Of a stretch of 64,000 nt of DNA, positions 1-10,123 are shown one piece after another. The first letter of the stretch is position 1, and each line of letters opens with the position of its first letter. A program made the position numbers and the translations under genes. A model generated the notes under the pieces. The model was not told the origin of the DNA. It was given only the letters and a program-made list of their open reading frames with translations, and made no database searches. The stretch is from a virus (lineage: Duplodnaviria > Heunggongvirae > Uroviricota > Caudoviricetes), in IMG/VR virus record IMGVR_UViG_3300013426_000013, positions 125,580-189,579 of that record; one strand, given 5' to 3'.

Positions 1-53
1 TGTAATTCTTTAGGCAATGTTCTTTTCTTTATGTGAAGGAAAGGAGTTCTGCC

Positions 54-1395
54 ATGTCATCTTTTGTAATCAAGAAAACAGTTGTTGAAAATTTAGGGAC
101 TGATTTAGAATCAAAACAACCAAAAGGTGATTATAGTACAAAGGATGAAGTAGCAAATTCCATACAAGAGAATCTTCTTGACTATACTACAAACAGAGCT
201 TTATCAATTCCTCAAGTTGTTAATTATAGTACTGAATATGTTGAAGAAAATAAAAAACGTTACCGTCTGAAAATCTTAAGAGACACCACATATTACGTTC
301 CAAATGGGTTTGAATCTGATGGTACAACAAAAAGATTTTCAATTCGTAAAACGATTAATGACAATTATGTTGATGACGCCTTTTGGTCTGACATTGATTT
401 ACATACGGAAATGGTATTTTTTTTACTTTAAAAATGATCAAATCTTTTTAAATTCTGAAGCACGTATTGGAAGTAATGTTACTTCAGGTGACACCGCACC
501 TACATCATTTGTTGAGGGTAAAGCATTATGATATGATTCAAAAAACAATTATGTAAAATTTACCAATGATTCTGGTGCCAATTGGTATAATGCGTCATTA
601 CCTTTATTGACGGGACAGCCTTTAAATACAAACACAACAGAACACCCGATTGCAGGATGGGTGAATGGTGTAACACAAGTGTTTAACGGTATTGGGTTTA
701 TTGGATCATATTTATTTTCACTACCGGGAATTAAATATTCTATTGCGAATGGTCGTGATGAAAACAACAAACCGATTGTTAATGAATATGAAACTAAAAG
801 CGTCAAATTGTTTTCTGTCAGAAATGCACGATACAATAATAAAGTAGTTATTGTTGATGATAAACTTGATATTCGCAACGATGCGCAATTTGATGGTGAT
901 TCACACATTTATTGGAACAATGGAACAAAAACATTTCAACAGACTGTCGTTTTGGGATATTTTGATACACAATCAACATCACCTTTTAATATTGTTTCCT
1001 TTAAACAATGCATGGTAGATTCTTTTGTTACAGCAAATGCTTCGAACTTTTCAAATATAGGTAGAAGCTTAATAGCAAACATGGGCATGCCTTCACATAA
1101 AGTAATCAACCTCACATTAGGTGCATCCGGCACTATATATCGAGCCCCCGATAATGGATATATATCTATTGCTAAATCAGCAAGTACTGATAAGGGGTGG
1201 ATTGCAATGAGTACAACATCAAACACATGCATCTTTAACAATGCAACATATGAAGGTTATGAAATAGCATATACAATGCCAGTACGAAAAAATGAAACTT
1301 TTCTCATTAATTATAGTGGTATGAAATCTGAAACCAACAGGTTTAGATTCATTTATTCAAACGGTGATACACCGGCTAAAGAAATCAAGAATTAA
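54..1395 (+). pseudogene. Disrupted tail-fibre-associated gene (~446 aa if repaired)
   Basis: AGGAG precedes ATG at 54. ORFs 33-431, 304-531 and 607-1395 join into one frame if one T is removed from the T8 run (417-424) and TGA 529-531 is read as Trp (GKAL*YDSKNNYVKFTNDSGANW). The C-terminus LTLGASGTIYRAPDNGY parallels ORF 3096-3839. Confidence 0.75.
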
Positions 1396-1407
1396 CAAAA
1401 TTTTGTA

Positions 1408-1436
1408 TTGACAATTATTTTTATTTTGTATATAGT
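1408..1436 (+). promoter_or_regulatory. sigma70-type promoter
   Basis: TTGACA-17 nt-TATAGT upstream of ORF 1469. Confidence 0.75.
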
Positions 1437-1468
1437 ATTTTTATCAAGACAGATGAAAGGATTGCGAA

Positions 1469-1846
1469 ATGAAAGTTGAAGAATTGTTTGATAAAATTGA
1501 TTCGTTGCGTTTGAATAAAGAAACGAAATATGAATTGAAAAATGCAATTGAAGACATTATTGATAATTGTAAAGAATTGGAAGAACAGAAGAAAGAATTG
1601 GAAGAACAGAAGAAACAGTTTGACGATGAAAAAGCTAAACTTGAAGCACAGATTGTACGCTTAAAACAACCAAGCGAACAATTTATTGCAACTCTTGAAG
1701 AAGCTTTTAATCAGCATCCTGAATTGATTACTAACATTATTGATAACCGAATTGAGGAGGGGTTGCAGGTTCAATCCGAATATGTTTCCGATGTTGATGA
1801 CGAACATGAAGAAATTAATCTCTATTATTTCGGTCATTGTTTGTAA
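1469..1846 (+). CDS. Hypothetical coiled-coil protein
   Basis: 125-aa ORF with promoter, SD and downstream terminator. Confidence 0.75.
   Translation: MKVEELFDKIDSLRLNKETKYELKNAIEDIIDNCKELEEQKKELEEQKKQFDDEKAKLEAQIVRLKQPSEQFIATLEEAFNQHPELITNIIDNRIEEGLQVQSEYVSDVDDEHEEINLYYFGHCL
1571..1612 (+). repeat. 21-bp perfect tandem duplication (KELEEQK x2)
   Basis: AAAGAATTGGAAGAACAGAAG occurs twice in tandem. Confidence 0.9.
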
Positions 1847-1850
1847 AAGA

Positions 1851-1882
1851 AACCCGTTCATATTTAGCCATGAACGGGTTTT
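1851..1882. terminator. Intrinsic terminator between convergent genes
   Basis: AACCCGTTCAT / ATGAACGGGTT stem. Confidence 0.8.
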
Positions 1883-1885
1883 AAT

Positions 1886-2264
1886 TTATTTGATAACCTT
1901 ATAGAAAGTTTTAATTTTTGGGGTTCCTAAAAGTTTTTTATGAACATTCATTGACACTTTATTTTTAGCATAAACGTAAACAGATAGCCACTTAATTTCC
2001 TGTCTAAATAAACGACTGCATAAATCAAAATGTTTAATAAAATAGGAATATAAACCTAAACTACGATATTTTTTATCAATATTGTTCATAAACTTTACTG
2101 AACTTTTCTTTATATTCATCACATAAATCTTTAAACTCATCAGATGTTTTAAATGATTTGTCGTAAATAAACTTAACATCTTCATATTCAAAAACAACAA
2201 CTGATGTCATTTCTTTAAGACGTTTTAAAATTTCATATTGAAAAGATTCTATCAATTCACACAT
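1886..2264 (-). CDS. Two small overlapping hypothetical ORFs (2076-2264 and the distal part of 1886-2200)
   Basis: ORF track only; starts uncertain. Confidence 0.4.
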
Positions 2265-2320
2265 TTAAACACATGATAAAAGTTGTTTCTTAAAAGAACG
2301 CTAGAAACAGTAAACTAAAA

Positions 2321-2965
2321 TCAATTCCAATAAATCAATTCAATAATCACACAACCGCTACCAGATGTTGGGGAACCAGATGCAGTACAACTTCCTCCAA
2401 ACCCATATTGCACACCATTAATTGTATGACCAGACGCTCCTTTACCGGTCCCTCCCGCTGCAACCCAAGATCCTGTGGAACCTTGAGTTCCATTTGTGTT
2501 TATATCTCCGCCTGACGCTGTTCCTCCTGCGCCTCCTGCTTGTGATGCTGCCCCTGTTGCGGCTATTCCACCATGGCCTAAACCACCTATTTGACTCAAG
2601 AAAACAGAATTTTGACCATTAGTACAGTAGTTTGATATAGCGGCACCTACAGTAAAATTGATCTTTCGACCCGATAAACTTGAGCCATATTGTTTTCTAG
2701 AATAACCAGCTGATCCACCGCCGGACGCACAATGAATTTCATGTGCGTAACCAGCAACCCCACCTGAACTGCCACCACTTCCAACGACATGGACAATACA
2801 AGATATTGTATTATTCGGAATTGTTACGGAACCAGATGATATATATGTTAAGACTCGACTAACTTTAGTTCCGTAAACTAGTCGTGAGCCGTAATAAATT
2901 CTTTTTGCTGTTTTATTGTTGCCAGTAATTTTAATTAGCTTTTTCGAGCCTTTAAAAATAGACAT
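2321..2965 (-). CDS. Glycine-rich tail-associated protein
   Basis: GSGGSSGG, SGGGSAGY and GGAGGTASGGDIN motifs typical of phage Gly-rich tail domains. Confidence 0.7.
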   Translation of the reverse strand: MSIFKGSKKLIKITGNNKTAKRIYYGSRLVYGTKVSRVLTYISSGSVTIPNNTISCIVHVVGSGGSSGGVAGYAHEIHCASGGGSAGYSRKQYGSSLSGRKINFTVGAAISNYCTNGQNSVFLSQIGGLGHGGIAATGAASQAGGAGGTASGGDINTNGTQGSTGSWVAAGGTGKGASGHTINGVQYGFGGSCTASGSPTSGSGCVIIELIYWN

Positions 2966-3095
2966 GTTGACACCTGCTATAATGTTTATGAATTAAGAAC
3001 ATCGAGTCGTACGAGTAGTTTTATAAAATTTAGGCAATAGAATATTCGTACGACTTTAAGTTCTACATACATTAAACACATCAGGAGTAGCGCAA

Positions 3096-3839
3096 ATGTC
3101 AACGTTTACAATAAGACAAGATACAATTACAGATTTGTCCACTGCTTTAAATGATAAACAGGATAAAAATAATGCTTTAACAACAAATACTAATCAATCT
3201 ATAAGTGGACATAAGTCTTTCACACAACAGTTGCCTTTTGAGGTTGTGCGAGACACCAATCAGCAAGAAGTGCCTTCACAAAATACAGCAGGTCAAATTG
3301 GTTTATATAGAAACAAAACATTTTCAAAAGGTGACGGTTATTCATCATGGTTGCAAGGTTGGCGAAGCAGTGACGGATACACTGTGTCAAGTCTATATGC
3401 TCGTCGTTTTCTTGAATCCGATGAAAAGGAGATTATTGCTGAATTAAGCGTTAGTATTGATCCAAATGGTAAAACTTGTGCCACTTGTCCAACCCCGCCA
3501 GAAAATCATAATTCTTCATCTATCGCTACAACAAGGTGGTCACGAGCAAACATCTCAATGGTTCCTGGAAACTATATAGATTTAACATTAGGTGCAAGTA
3601 ACAGTAAATATATTGCACCTGCAAATGGTTATGTCGTTTTTCAAAAATCTTCAACAGCACCTCATCAAGAAATTCGTTTAACAAATTTAGCAAATAGACT
3701 TGTTGGTTATGCAAACACTGAAGCAACTATGGGAAGAGCTTTAGGTTGTGTTGTGCCATGTAAGAAAGGTGATACTATTGCTATTTTTTATTCTGCTGAT
3801 GGTGATACACAATATTTTAGATTTATTTATTCTGCTTAA
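3096..3839 (+). CDS. Tail-fibre-associated protein
   Basis: TNQSISGHKSF fibre repeat; C-terminal LTLGASNSKYIAPANGY paralogous to 607-1395. Confidence 0.7.
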   Translation: MSTFTIRQDTITDLSTALNDKQDKNNALTTNTNQSISGHKSFTQQLPFEVVRDTNQQEVPSQNTAGQIGLYRNKTFSKGDGYSSWLQGWRSSDGYTVSSLYARRFLESDEKEIIAELSVSIDPNGKTCATCPTPPENHNSSSIATTRWSRANISMVPGNYIDLTLGASNSKYIAPANGYVVFQKSSTAPHQEIRLTNLANRLVGYANTEATMGRALGCVVPCKKGDTIAIFYSADGDTQYFRFIYSA

Positions 3840-3862
3840 AAAACGAATAAACAAAAAGACTC

Positions 3863-3891
3863 TTGACAAATTCTAAAAGATATGTTAAGTT
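3863..3891 (+). promoter_or_regulatory. sigma70-type promoter for gcrA-like gene
   Basis: TTGACA-17-TAAGTT. Confidence 0.55.
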
Positions 3892-3926
3892 CATTTTATA
3901 GTTTAAAGAAAGGTAGTTGATAAACA

Positions 3927-4469
3927 ATGGAATGGACTGAAGATATTGTTGATAAATTAAAAGAGTTGTGGGCTGAAGGATATACAACGCAGAAGATTGC
4001 TGACATGATGCATACAACAAAAGGTACTATTATAGGCAAAGTGCACCGTCTTCAGTTACCTACAAGAAACAAACCTGTAAATTTATGTAAAAAGCATGAA
4101 TGTCATTGTGAACATACTATTGAACACAAACACACATGTAGTTGTCAACACAATAAAGTTAATAAGTCACCATGTATTGAAATTAAAGAAACAAGTATAG
4201 GTGGACATGACGAAGTTAACGAAGAAGTTGATTTGCACAACCTTTATGATGATTCTGTAAAACATGATGATCGTTGTCATAGTGAATACGGTAAAACACT
4301 GTATGAACTAAAACATGATGAATGTCGGTGGCCAATCGGAGATCCTAAATCACCTGAATTTCATTTTTGTGGTGAAAAAACAGTAAATGGAAAACCCTAT
4401 TGTGCTAAACATTGTGCATTTGCATATGTAACAGTTGGTGCTGCTAAAGATTTGAAAAATATAACTTAA
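3927..4469 (+). CDS. gcrA: GcrA-family cell-cycle regulator homolog
   Basis: N-terminal MEWTEDIVDKLKELWAEG...IIGKVHRLQL; C-terminal CRWPIGDP..EFHFCG...GKPYCAKHCAFAY. Confidence 0.93.
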   Translation: MEWTEDIVDKLKELWAEGYTTQKIADMMHTTKGTIIGKVHRLQLPTRNKPVNLCKKHECHCEHTIEHKHTCSCQHNKVNKSPCIEIKETSIGGHDEVNEEVDLHNLYDDSVKHDDRCHSEYGKTLYELKHDECRWPIGDPKSPEFHFCGEKTVNGKPYCAKHCAFAYVTVGAAKDLKNIT

Positions 4470-4471
4470 AG

Positions 4472-4500
4472 AAAAGGCCGAATTTAAAATCGGCCTTTTT
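4472..4500. terminator. Bidirectional intrinsic terminator
   Basis: AAAAGGCCGA / TCGGCCTTTT stem. Confidence 0.85.
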
Positions 4501-4502
4501 GT

Positions 4503-5006
4503 TTATTCAGGAATAAAATAAAACACATTTGAATCTGGATTAGCTGGTAAAGTTGAGACGACTTGCATTTTGGAATTAAACCATTTATTAGTTAAAATTT
4601 GATCATCATTACTTCCATCAACAGGAGGTGTTGGAGCTAATGCATATGATGTGCCATTATTTCCACGAACACCTACACGTAAATTAGCATAATAGTCAGT
4701 ACCATCAACATTTTGATGTGCCGTTAACTGCATGCAAGCATCTTTAGTTTCTGCTGATTTATTTAGGAAAGATTCACAATAACCTGTATCCAAATCACCT
4801 TTTCGAAAAATTAGAGCGCCAGCCCAAGTATTAGTATCAGAATCTTGAGAAGACATGATAACATCAGTGCGTACAGTATCAGTTGACATATCAAAAGTTT
4901 TTAAAGATCTGATTGTTTGTGCATCGTTAATTGTAACTGTATCATCTAAATCCGTTTGTAAATCTTTAACTTGTTCAATCTCAAGTTTATGCGAACTAAT
5001 TGGCAT
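4503..5006 (-). CDS. Small tail-fibre-associated protein
   Basis: DAQTIRSLKTF fibre repeat; C-terminal VVSTLPANPDSNVFYFIPE. Confidence 0.6.
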   Translation of the reverse strand: MPISSHKLEIEQVKDLQTDLDDTVTINDAQTIRSLKTFDMSTDTVRTDVIMSSQDSDTNTWAGALIFRKGDLDTGYCESFLNKSAETKDACMQLTAHQNVDGTDYYANLRVGVRGNNGTSYALAPTPPVDGSNDDQILTNKWFNSKMQVVSTLPANPDSNVFYFIPE

Positions 5007-5076
5007 TTGACGATTTCCTTTAAAAGTCCATATATAAAAAGAACTATTTTAAAGATTGTCGTACAAATCAATGGGT

Positions 5077-5574
5077 TCAGATCATGTTTAAAACATTGGC
5101 ACCTTCAGTTCGATAAAGACTCTCAACCAAACTGAAGCAATCTGCAAAATGTTCACACATTAATTTCTGTTTTTTCACAATTGGTCTAGACGGAATTAAA
5201 TTTGAATCAGCAATGCAATCATTTTTTGCGAACGTGAATTGCAGATTTCTTTTTAAAACCAATAAATTTCTATCCAAAATTTCTATAGCAAAAAATTGTC
5301 CTTTTGCATTTTCAGCTTCAACCAACAAACAATTACCATGCCAACTTGAAGTCTGCAAAAAACTTTCTAAAGATCTTAAGAATTCATAAATGTCATAGTT
5401 TTCCAAATCTTGTAAAGATTTTCTATTAATTAATGAAGGCAACACTTTATAAAGTTCAACAGCCGACAATAAAACAATCGGATAATTTTTATATTTTTGA
5501 AGAAACACATTTTCATTCACTTCAAATATTTTATGATCGTGTCGATTACCTAATTCAAAAATTTGGCCTTGCAT
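5077..5574 (-). CDS. Hypothetical protein
   Basis: 165-aa ORF coupled to 5575-6063. Confidence 0.65.
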   Translation of the reverse strand: MQGQIFELGNRHDHKIFEVNENVFLQKYKNYPIVLLSAVELYKVLPSLINRKSLQDLENYDIYEFLRSLESFLQTSSWHGNCLLVEAENAKGQFFAIEILDRNLLVLKRNLQFTFAKNDCIADSNLIPSRPIVKKQKLMCEHFADCFSLVESLYRTEGANVLNMI

Positions 5575-6063
5575 TCAAGCACCTAAACAATTATTGATTT
5601 CATCAAAAGTCATTGAAAATGGAAATTTGCTTTTCTTTCCTTTATGCTCAACAACATATTCTTTTTTAAAAGAATTATAAACAATAAAAATCTTCACGTC
5701 TTTATCTTTAAGAATATCTGGCGTTTCACTTTCTTCAACACGATTAGCACACTTTACATTGCCAATTTTAATTAATTCATAATAGTAACTTGTATAAACA
5801 GGTTTTGTCATAGATAAATATTTAATAGGTTTGATGCATTGCTGCACATTCGCTTCAAAAGAAACTATATCACCTTTTTCAAAAACAACACTTCTACCAA
5901 CATATTTTCGTTCAAATTTCAGCTTATCAAGGAGTTTGATGCCATTAAGCATTACACCTTTCAGCAAAACATATTCAACGTCATTATATTTTCTATAATC
6001 ATGAAAAGTTGCTTGATATGTCAGGCGCTTTTTAGGCCCAATTGAACACAAATCTTGAAACAT
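5575..6063 (-). CDS. Hypothetical protein
   Basis: 162-aa ORF with SD and upstream promoter. Confidence 0.7.
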   Translation of the reverse strand: MFQDLCSIGPKKRLTYQATFHDYRKYNDVEYVLLKGVMLNGIKLLDKLKFERKYVGRSVVFEKGDIVSFEANVQQCIKPIKYLSMTKPVYTSYYYELIKIGNVKCANRVEESETPDILKDKDVKIFIVYNSFKKEYVVEHKGKKSKFPFSMTFDEINNCLGA

Positions 6064-6099
6064 TCTTCGACTCCTTAAATTTTAAAATCAATTATAGTT

Positions 6100-6128
6100 A
6101 CTATATCAAACTCTACACAAAATGTCAA
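6100..6128 (-). promoter_or_regulatory. sigma70-type promoter
   Basis: TTGACA-17-TATAGT on the minus strand. Confidence 0.75.
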
Positions 6129-6203
6129 TTTCAAAATCTTTTCAGTGCACAGTTTCGTACGTTCTTTAATTTACCACTGATTAGTTTTATAGCGAGTTAG
6201 ATT

Positions 6204-6899
6204 ATGACAACACACTTAATTGATGATAAAGGAATTGAACAACAAACTGTTGCTACAACAAACTACGTATCAAACACAATTGATGAGTTTGCCGGTACTG
6301 TAGATGTTTCTTCAATTATGCGTACATCTGGTGACCAAACTATTTTAGGAACAAAAAGCTTTAGTGGGAAAATAAATTATACAGCTACATTGAGTGCTTC
6401 TGCAAATGATCAACAACCCGCTACAACAGCATGGTGCAATTCAGCAACCAGTATTGTTCATAAAACAGGTGATGAAACAATTAACGGAACTAAAACATTC
6501 TCACAAACAATTAATGGCACCGCAATGTATGCGAATTGGGGAGACCTTGCCGAAATGTATCTAACAGATTTTAATTATAAAGCTGGTACATTAGTTCAGT
6601 TTGGCGGTGAAAAGGAAATGACATTAGCTATCAGTGAAGTTAATGGCGTTGTGTCTTCTGAGCCAGGATTATTAATTAATAACGTTAAGGATGATGGTGC
6701 ACAACCAATTGCCTTAATTGGTAAAGTACCTGTTCGTTTGATTGGTTCTGTTCATAAATTTGATAAAATAACTTTGTCTGATATTCCAGGTGTTGCTAAA
6801 GTTGCTGAAAGTGAAGATAAAGTTATTGGGGTTGCTTTAGAAGATAAATTAGATGAAGATGAGAAATTAGTTTTGTGTTCAGTTAAGCTGAAATTCTAA
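6204..6899 (+). CDS. Tail-fibre-like structural protein heading the radical-SAM operon
   Basis: TSGDQTILGTKSF and TGDETINGTKTF repeats; C-terminal GDLAEMY...GTLVQFGGEKE...LIGKVPV domain seen in large-phage virion proteins. Confidence 0.7.
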   Translation: MTTHLIDDKGIEQQTVATTNYVSNTIDEFAGTVDVSSIMRTSGDQTILGTKSFSGKINYTATLSASANDQQPATTAWCNSATSIVHKTGDETINGTKTFSQTINGTAMYANWGDLAEMYLTDFNYKAGTLVQFGGEKEMTLAISEVNGVVSSEPGLLINNVKDDGAQPIALIGKVPVRLIGSVHKFDKITLSDIPGVAKVAESEDKVIGVALEDKLDEDEKLVLCSVKLKF

Positions 6900-7309
6900 T
6901 GAAACAATATCTATTAGATAAAAGAAAACTTTCATATTTAATCAACGACTGGGATGATTTAAATCTTCCGTTTACTATAAACGATAAAGATATTGCATCT
7001 CAAGTCGTTGATTTCTTTTATGAACAATCTGAATTAGTTTACCCTGCAAAATCATACTTTGTTGCTATCGTTTATGCAAAATGTCTTGAGCACTTCTTTC
7101 ATGAAGATTTTTATGAGTGTCTATCTGTTAAAGATCTATTACCCGATGATAAATTTTTCAAAACGTATATTGACTCTCAAGAAATTTATGATAATATATT
7201 AACACGAATTAAAGACCCGTTATCATATAAATCTGTCGAAAAGACTGTAAGCTATTTTAAAAAGGAATTTCTAATTGGAACTGATAATCAAACCGACAGG
7301 TCGTTGTAA
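6899..7309 (+). CDS. Hypothetical accessory protein of the radical-SAM cluster (YPAKSYFVA motif)
   Basis: Overlaps the stop of 6204-6899 and the start of the first rSAM gene. Confidence 0.75.
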   Translation: MKQYLLDKRKLSYLINDWDDLNLPFTINDKDIASQVVDFFYEQSELVYPAKSYFVAIVYAKCLEHFFHEDFYECLSVKDLLPDDKFFKTYIDSQEIYDNILTRIKDPLSYKSVEKTVSYFKKEFLIGTDNQTDRSL

Positions 7310-8234
7310 TTTTAATTGCAAATTTTGTAGTGCTAATTTATTAAGTATTAAGCACCAAACAAAAGTGCCGAATGAATTAATAAAAATTATTAAAATTATC
7401 AAACCAAACAGTTTGATTTTTACAGGAGGGGACCCTTTATTAGTTGGCCCTGAATATTATCGTGAAATTTTGTCTTTGGGCACATTTTCTATTTCTTTAA
7501 CGACAAACCTAAAAGATTATTACATTCAACCCAAAAGATGGATTAGTTTGTTTAGAAATGAACGTGTCGGAATTTGCACATCTTTTCAATATGGAAATGA
7601 ACGTATGTGGAGTTCTGAACAGGTTTATAGTGAAGATTTATTTAAAAAAGTTATGAAAAGATTTAAAGAAGATATTGGTTACACACCTTCATTTATTTCA
7701 GTCATTTCTAAATCAAATGAGGATAAAGCATTAGATCATTTGTATCTTGCAAAAGAATTGAATACTAAATGCAAAATTAATGGCGTCTTACCAATCGGGC
7801 TATCAAAAGAATATTATCCTTTATATAAAATGATTGATATTTGGTTACAAATAAAAGAAAATAATCTTGAAGAATATTGGGATAACCAAATTCAATTTCA
7901 CAATGGTGGCTGCAATTTTAATACAAACTTAATGTGTTCAAGTACTATTCGCTCTTTTTGGCTTGATGACAACAATAATATACATTATAATAATTGTGAA
8001 GATTGCGCTGTACGTGGTTCGCGTATTCTTTTAGATAAAGGTAAAGTTACACCTAAAGAAGAGAGTATGAAACCTGAACAATTGATTTCTAACGATTGTT
8101 TATATTGTGAATTGTGCAGATTGTGCAATTCTTGTAAATCAACAAGACAAGCAATTATCGATAAACAGACTTTTTGTTTTGAAATGAAAAAACGGAAACA
8201 AAAGATATTGGATGCTAAATGGAAAATCTATTAA
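7275..8234 (+). CDS. Radical SAM protein 1 (SPASM/Twitch-like Cys-rich C-terminus)
   Basis: CNFNCKFC, GGDPL, C-terminal CLYCELCRLCNSC; TTG start after AAAGGA. Confidence 0.92.
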   Translation: MELIIKPTGRCNFNCKFCSANLLSIKHQTKVPNELIKIIKIIKPNSLIFTGGDPLLVGPEYYREILSLGTFSISLTTNLKDYYIQPKRWISLFRNERVGICTSFQYGNERMWSSEQVYSEDLFKKVMKRFKEDIGYTPSFISVISKSNEDKALDHLYLAKELNTKCKINGVLPIGLSKEYYPLYKMIDIWLQIKENNLEEYWDNQIQFHNGGCNFNTNLMCSSTIRSFWLDDNNNIHYNNCEDCAVRGSRILLDKGKVTPKEESMKPEQLISNDCLYCELCRLCNSCKSTRQAIIDKQTFCFEMKKRKQKILDAKWKIY

Positions 8235-9013
8235 CGTCGCTATATGTAATTCCAAACTATCAATGTAATCTTGCATGTCCGCATTGTACATTACACAATT
8301 ATAATATAGAATACAACGAAGAAACATTTATAGAAACATTAGTTAAAACAAACGCCAAAAAGTATATTTTATTTGGTGGAGAACCTTTGTTGCATTTTGA
8401 AAGATTTAAACATATTCTCGAAACTAAAAAGATTAACTCAATATCAACGAACCTTTTATTGTTATCAAAAGAATCACTAAATTTAATTGAATACTACAAC
8501 ATTAACATTGCTACTTCTTGGAATCTAAAAAGGTTCACAAACGATCAATTGAATAAATGGTTTGACAATATTAAAAAGGTACAATGTGACGTTTTAATAA
8601 CAATGACAAACGATTTGATAACTAAAAACGGTACAGAAAAAATGTTTGAAGTTTTAGAACATTTAGAAAGATTATGTACTGTAAAAAATATCATTTTTGA
8701 ACAAGTTGTTGATGATAGAATGAACGAAAAACATTATGAACAAGTTGACAATTGGTTGTGCAACATTCATGATAAATGGCATTTTAAAATGAATAATGCT
8801 ATTGAAGAAAAACTAAATAAATGTATTTTGGATTGTTCAAAAGTTAAAACGCTTGAACCAAACGGTATTTTGCATAATGGTTGCCCACAATTTAAAACTG
8901 TTCATGTTGTTGATAAATGTTTAAGTTGTGAATTAAATAAAATATGTAAGCCATGTATTCTACAAAAACATTGCACATTTCCAATAAAGCTTTACAACAA
9001 ATTAAAGGTTTAA
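8219..9013 (+). CDS. Radical SAM protein 2
   Basis: CNLACPHC, GGEPL, CLSCELNKICKPC. Confidence 0.92.
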   Translation: MENLLTSLYVIPNYQCNLACPHCTLHNYNIEYNEETFIETLVKTNAKKYILFGGEPLLHFERFKHILETKKINSISTNLLLLSKESLNLIEYYNINIATSWNLKRFTNDQLNKWFDNIKKVQCDVLITMTNDLITKNGTEKMFEVLEHLERLCTVKNIIFEQVVDDRMNEKHYEQVDNWLCNIHDKWHFKMNNAIEEKLNKCILDCSKVKTLEPNGILHNGCPQFKTVHVVDKCLSCELNKICKPCILQKHCTFPIKLYNKLKV

Positions 9014-9016
9014 GAA

Positions 9017-10123
9017 ATGAATCCTTTAGAGTTTTATAAAATTAGCGATTACTATGAAATTGCTTGCATGTTATTTGAACCTTGCAATTTGAAGTGTAAA
9101 TTTTGTTTTGAAGATCATAAAAACAAAACAATTGATACTGATTACATTGAGAATATTTACAAGATAATTGATGAAAAATTTTCGATTGATTATGAAAAAT
9201 ATAAACATTCATTAAAGACACTTTATATAATGATGTGGGGTGGTGAAATATTTTATGACGCACTACCTGACGAAGTTTTCAAATCATATTACAAGTTTGT
9301 AAATAATATAAAAGATTTGTTTGATAGGAAATTCCAAAACATAAAAGTTATTTTTTCATGGTTATCAAACGGTGTCTTTACAAACTATAAACGTGTAGAG
9401 GGTATTGTCAGATATTCAGGAGGGATTATTAACTTTAGCTATGACCCTGTTAATAGATTTTCAACATACAAACAAAAGGACTTAATGGTCAAAACAGCAA
9501 CACATTTTAAAAAGATTGGTTTAGCTGATAAAATTTCAATTACATTAACAAAAGACTCCATTAAAGGTTTTACTGAAAATGATGATTTATTAAAATACTT
9601 TAACGATATCGGATTCTTAATTGATGTCAATTACTATATTGCAAATGTCAACTGGCAATCATTATTGGCTACAGATGATGAAATATTTACATTTTTCAAA
9701 TGGGCAATAGATAATAAATTATATAAAATAAAAGTATTGGAAAAATGTTTTGATTCTGTTACAGGAAAGCCGTCATCTTCATACTGCAACTGTTTGTGGT
9801 GTTCCCAAATTACGCATGGTCAATGGAGTGTTGATTGTGCTAAATGTAGTTCAGTATTGCCGTCAGAATTATTTTATGGTGAATACACATCACAAATAAC
9901 AGAAGAAAATTCAAATCAAATTAAGGCATCTATTGGGTTGGTTAAACGTGGGTGTTTAGCCTGTGAATATCATCACATTTGTCAACACCCATGTTGGATT
10001 TCTGTGGTGTTTAAAGGATTTAAACCATCGATTTGCTTTTACAAACAAACTTACGATTATATAAAATCAAATGATGCTATTATCAATGATTTTTTGAAAT
10101 GGAAACACAATGAAACAAAATAA
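9017..10123 (+). CDS. Radical SAM protein 3
   Basis: CNLKCKFC, WGGEIF, CLACEYHHICQHPC. Confidence 0.92.
   Translation: MNPLEFYKISDYYEIACMLFEPCNLKCKFCFEDHKNKTIDTDYIENIYKIIDEKFSIDYEKYKHSLKTLYIMMWGGEIFYDALPDEVFKSYYKFVNNIKDLFDRKFQNIKVIFSWLSNGVFTNYKRVEGIVRYSGGIINFSYDPVNRFSTYKQKDLMVKTATHFKKIGLADKISITLTKDSIKGFTENDDLLKYFNDIGFLIDVNYYIANVNWQSLLATDDEIFTFFKWAIDNKLYKIKVLEKCFDSVTGKPSSSYCNCLWCSQITHGQWSVDCAKCSSVLPSELFYGEYTSQITEENSNQIKASIGLVKRGCLACEYHHICQHPCWISVVFKGFKPSICFYKQTYDYIKSNDAIINDFLKWKHNETK

Noticed and set aside
529-531. Genome-wide TGA-to-Trp recoding
   Set aside because: Other genes are intact in code 11, use TGG for Trp, and several end at TGA (e.g. 12996, 13647). This is a single lesion.
1571-1612. 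21-bp tandem repeat as a functional DNA element
   Set aside because: It is a simple in-frame heptad duplication in a coiled coil.
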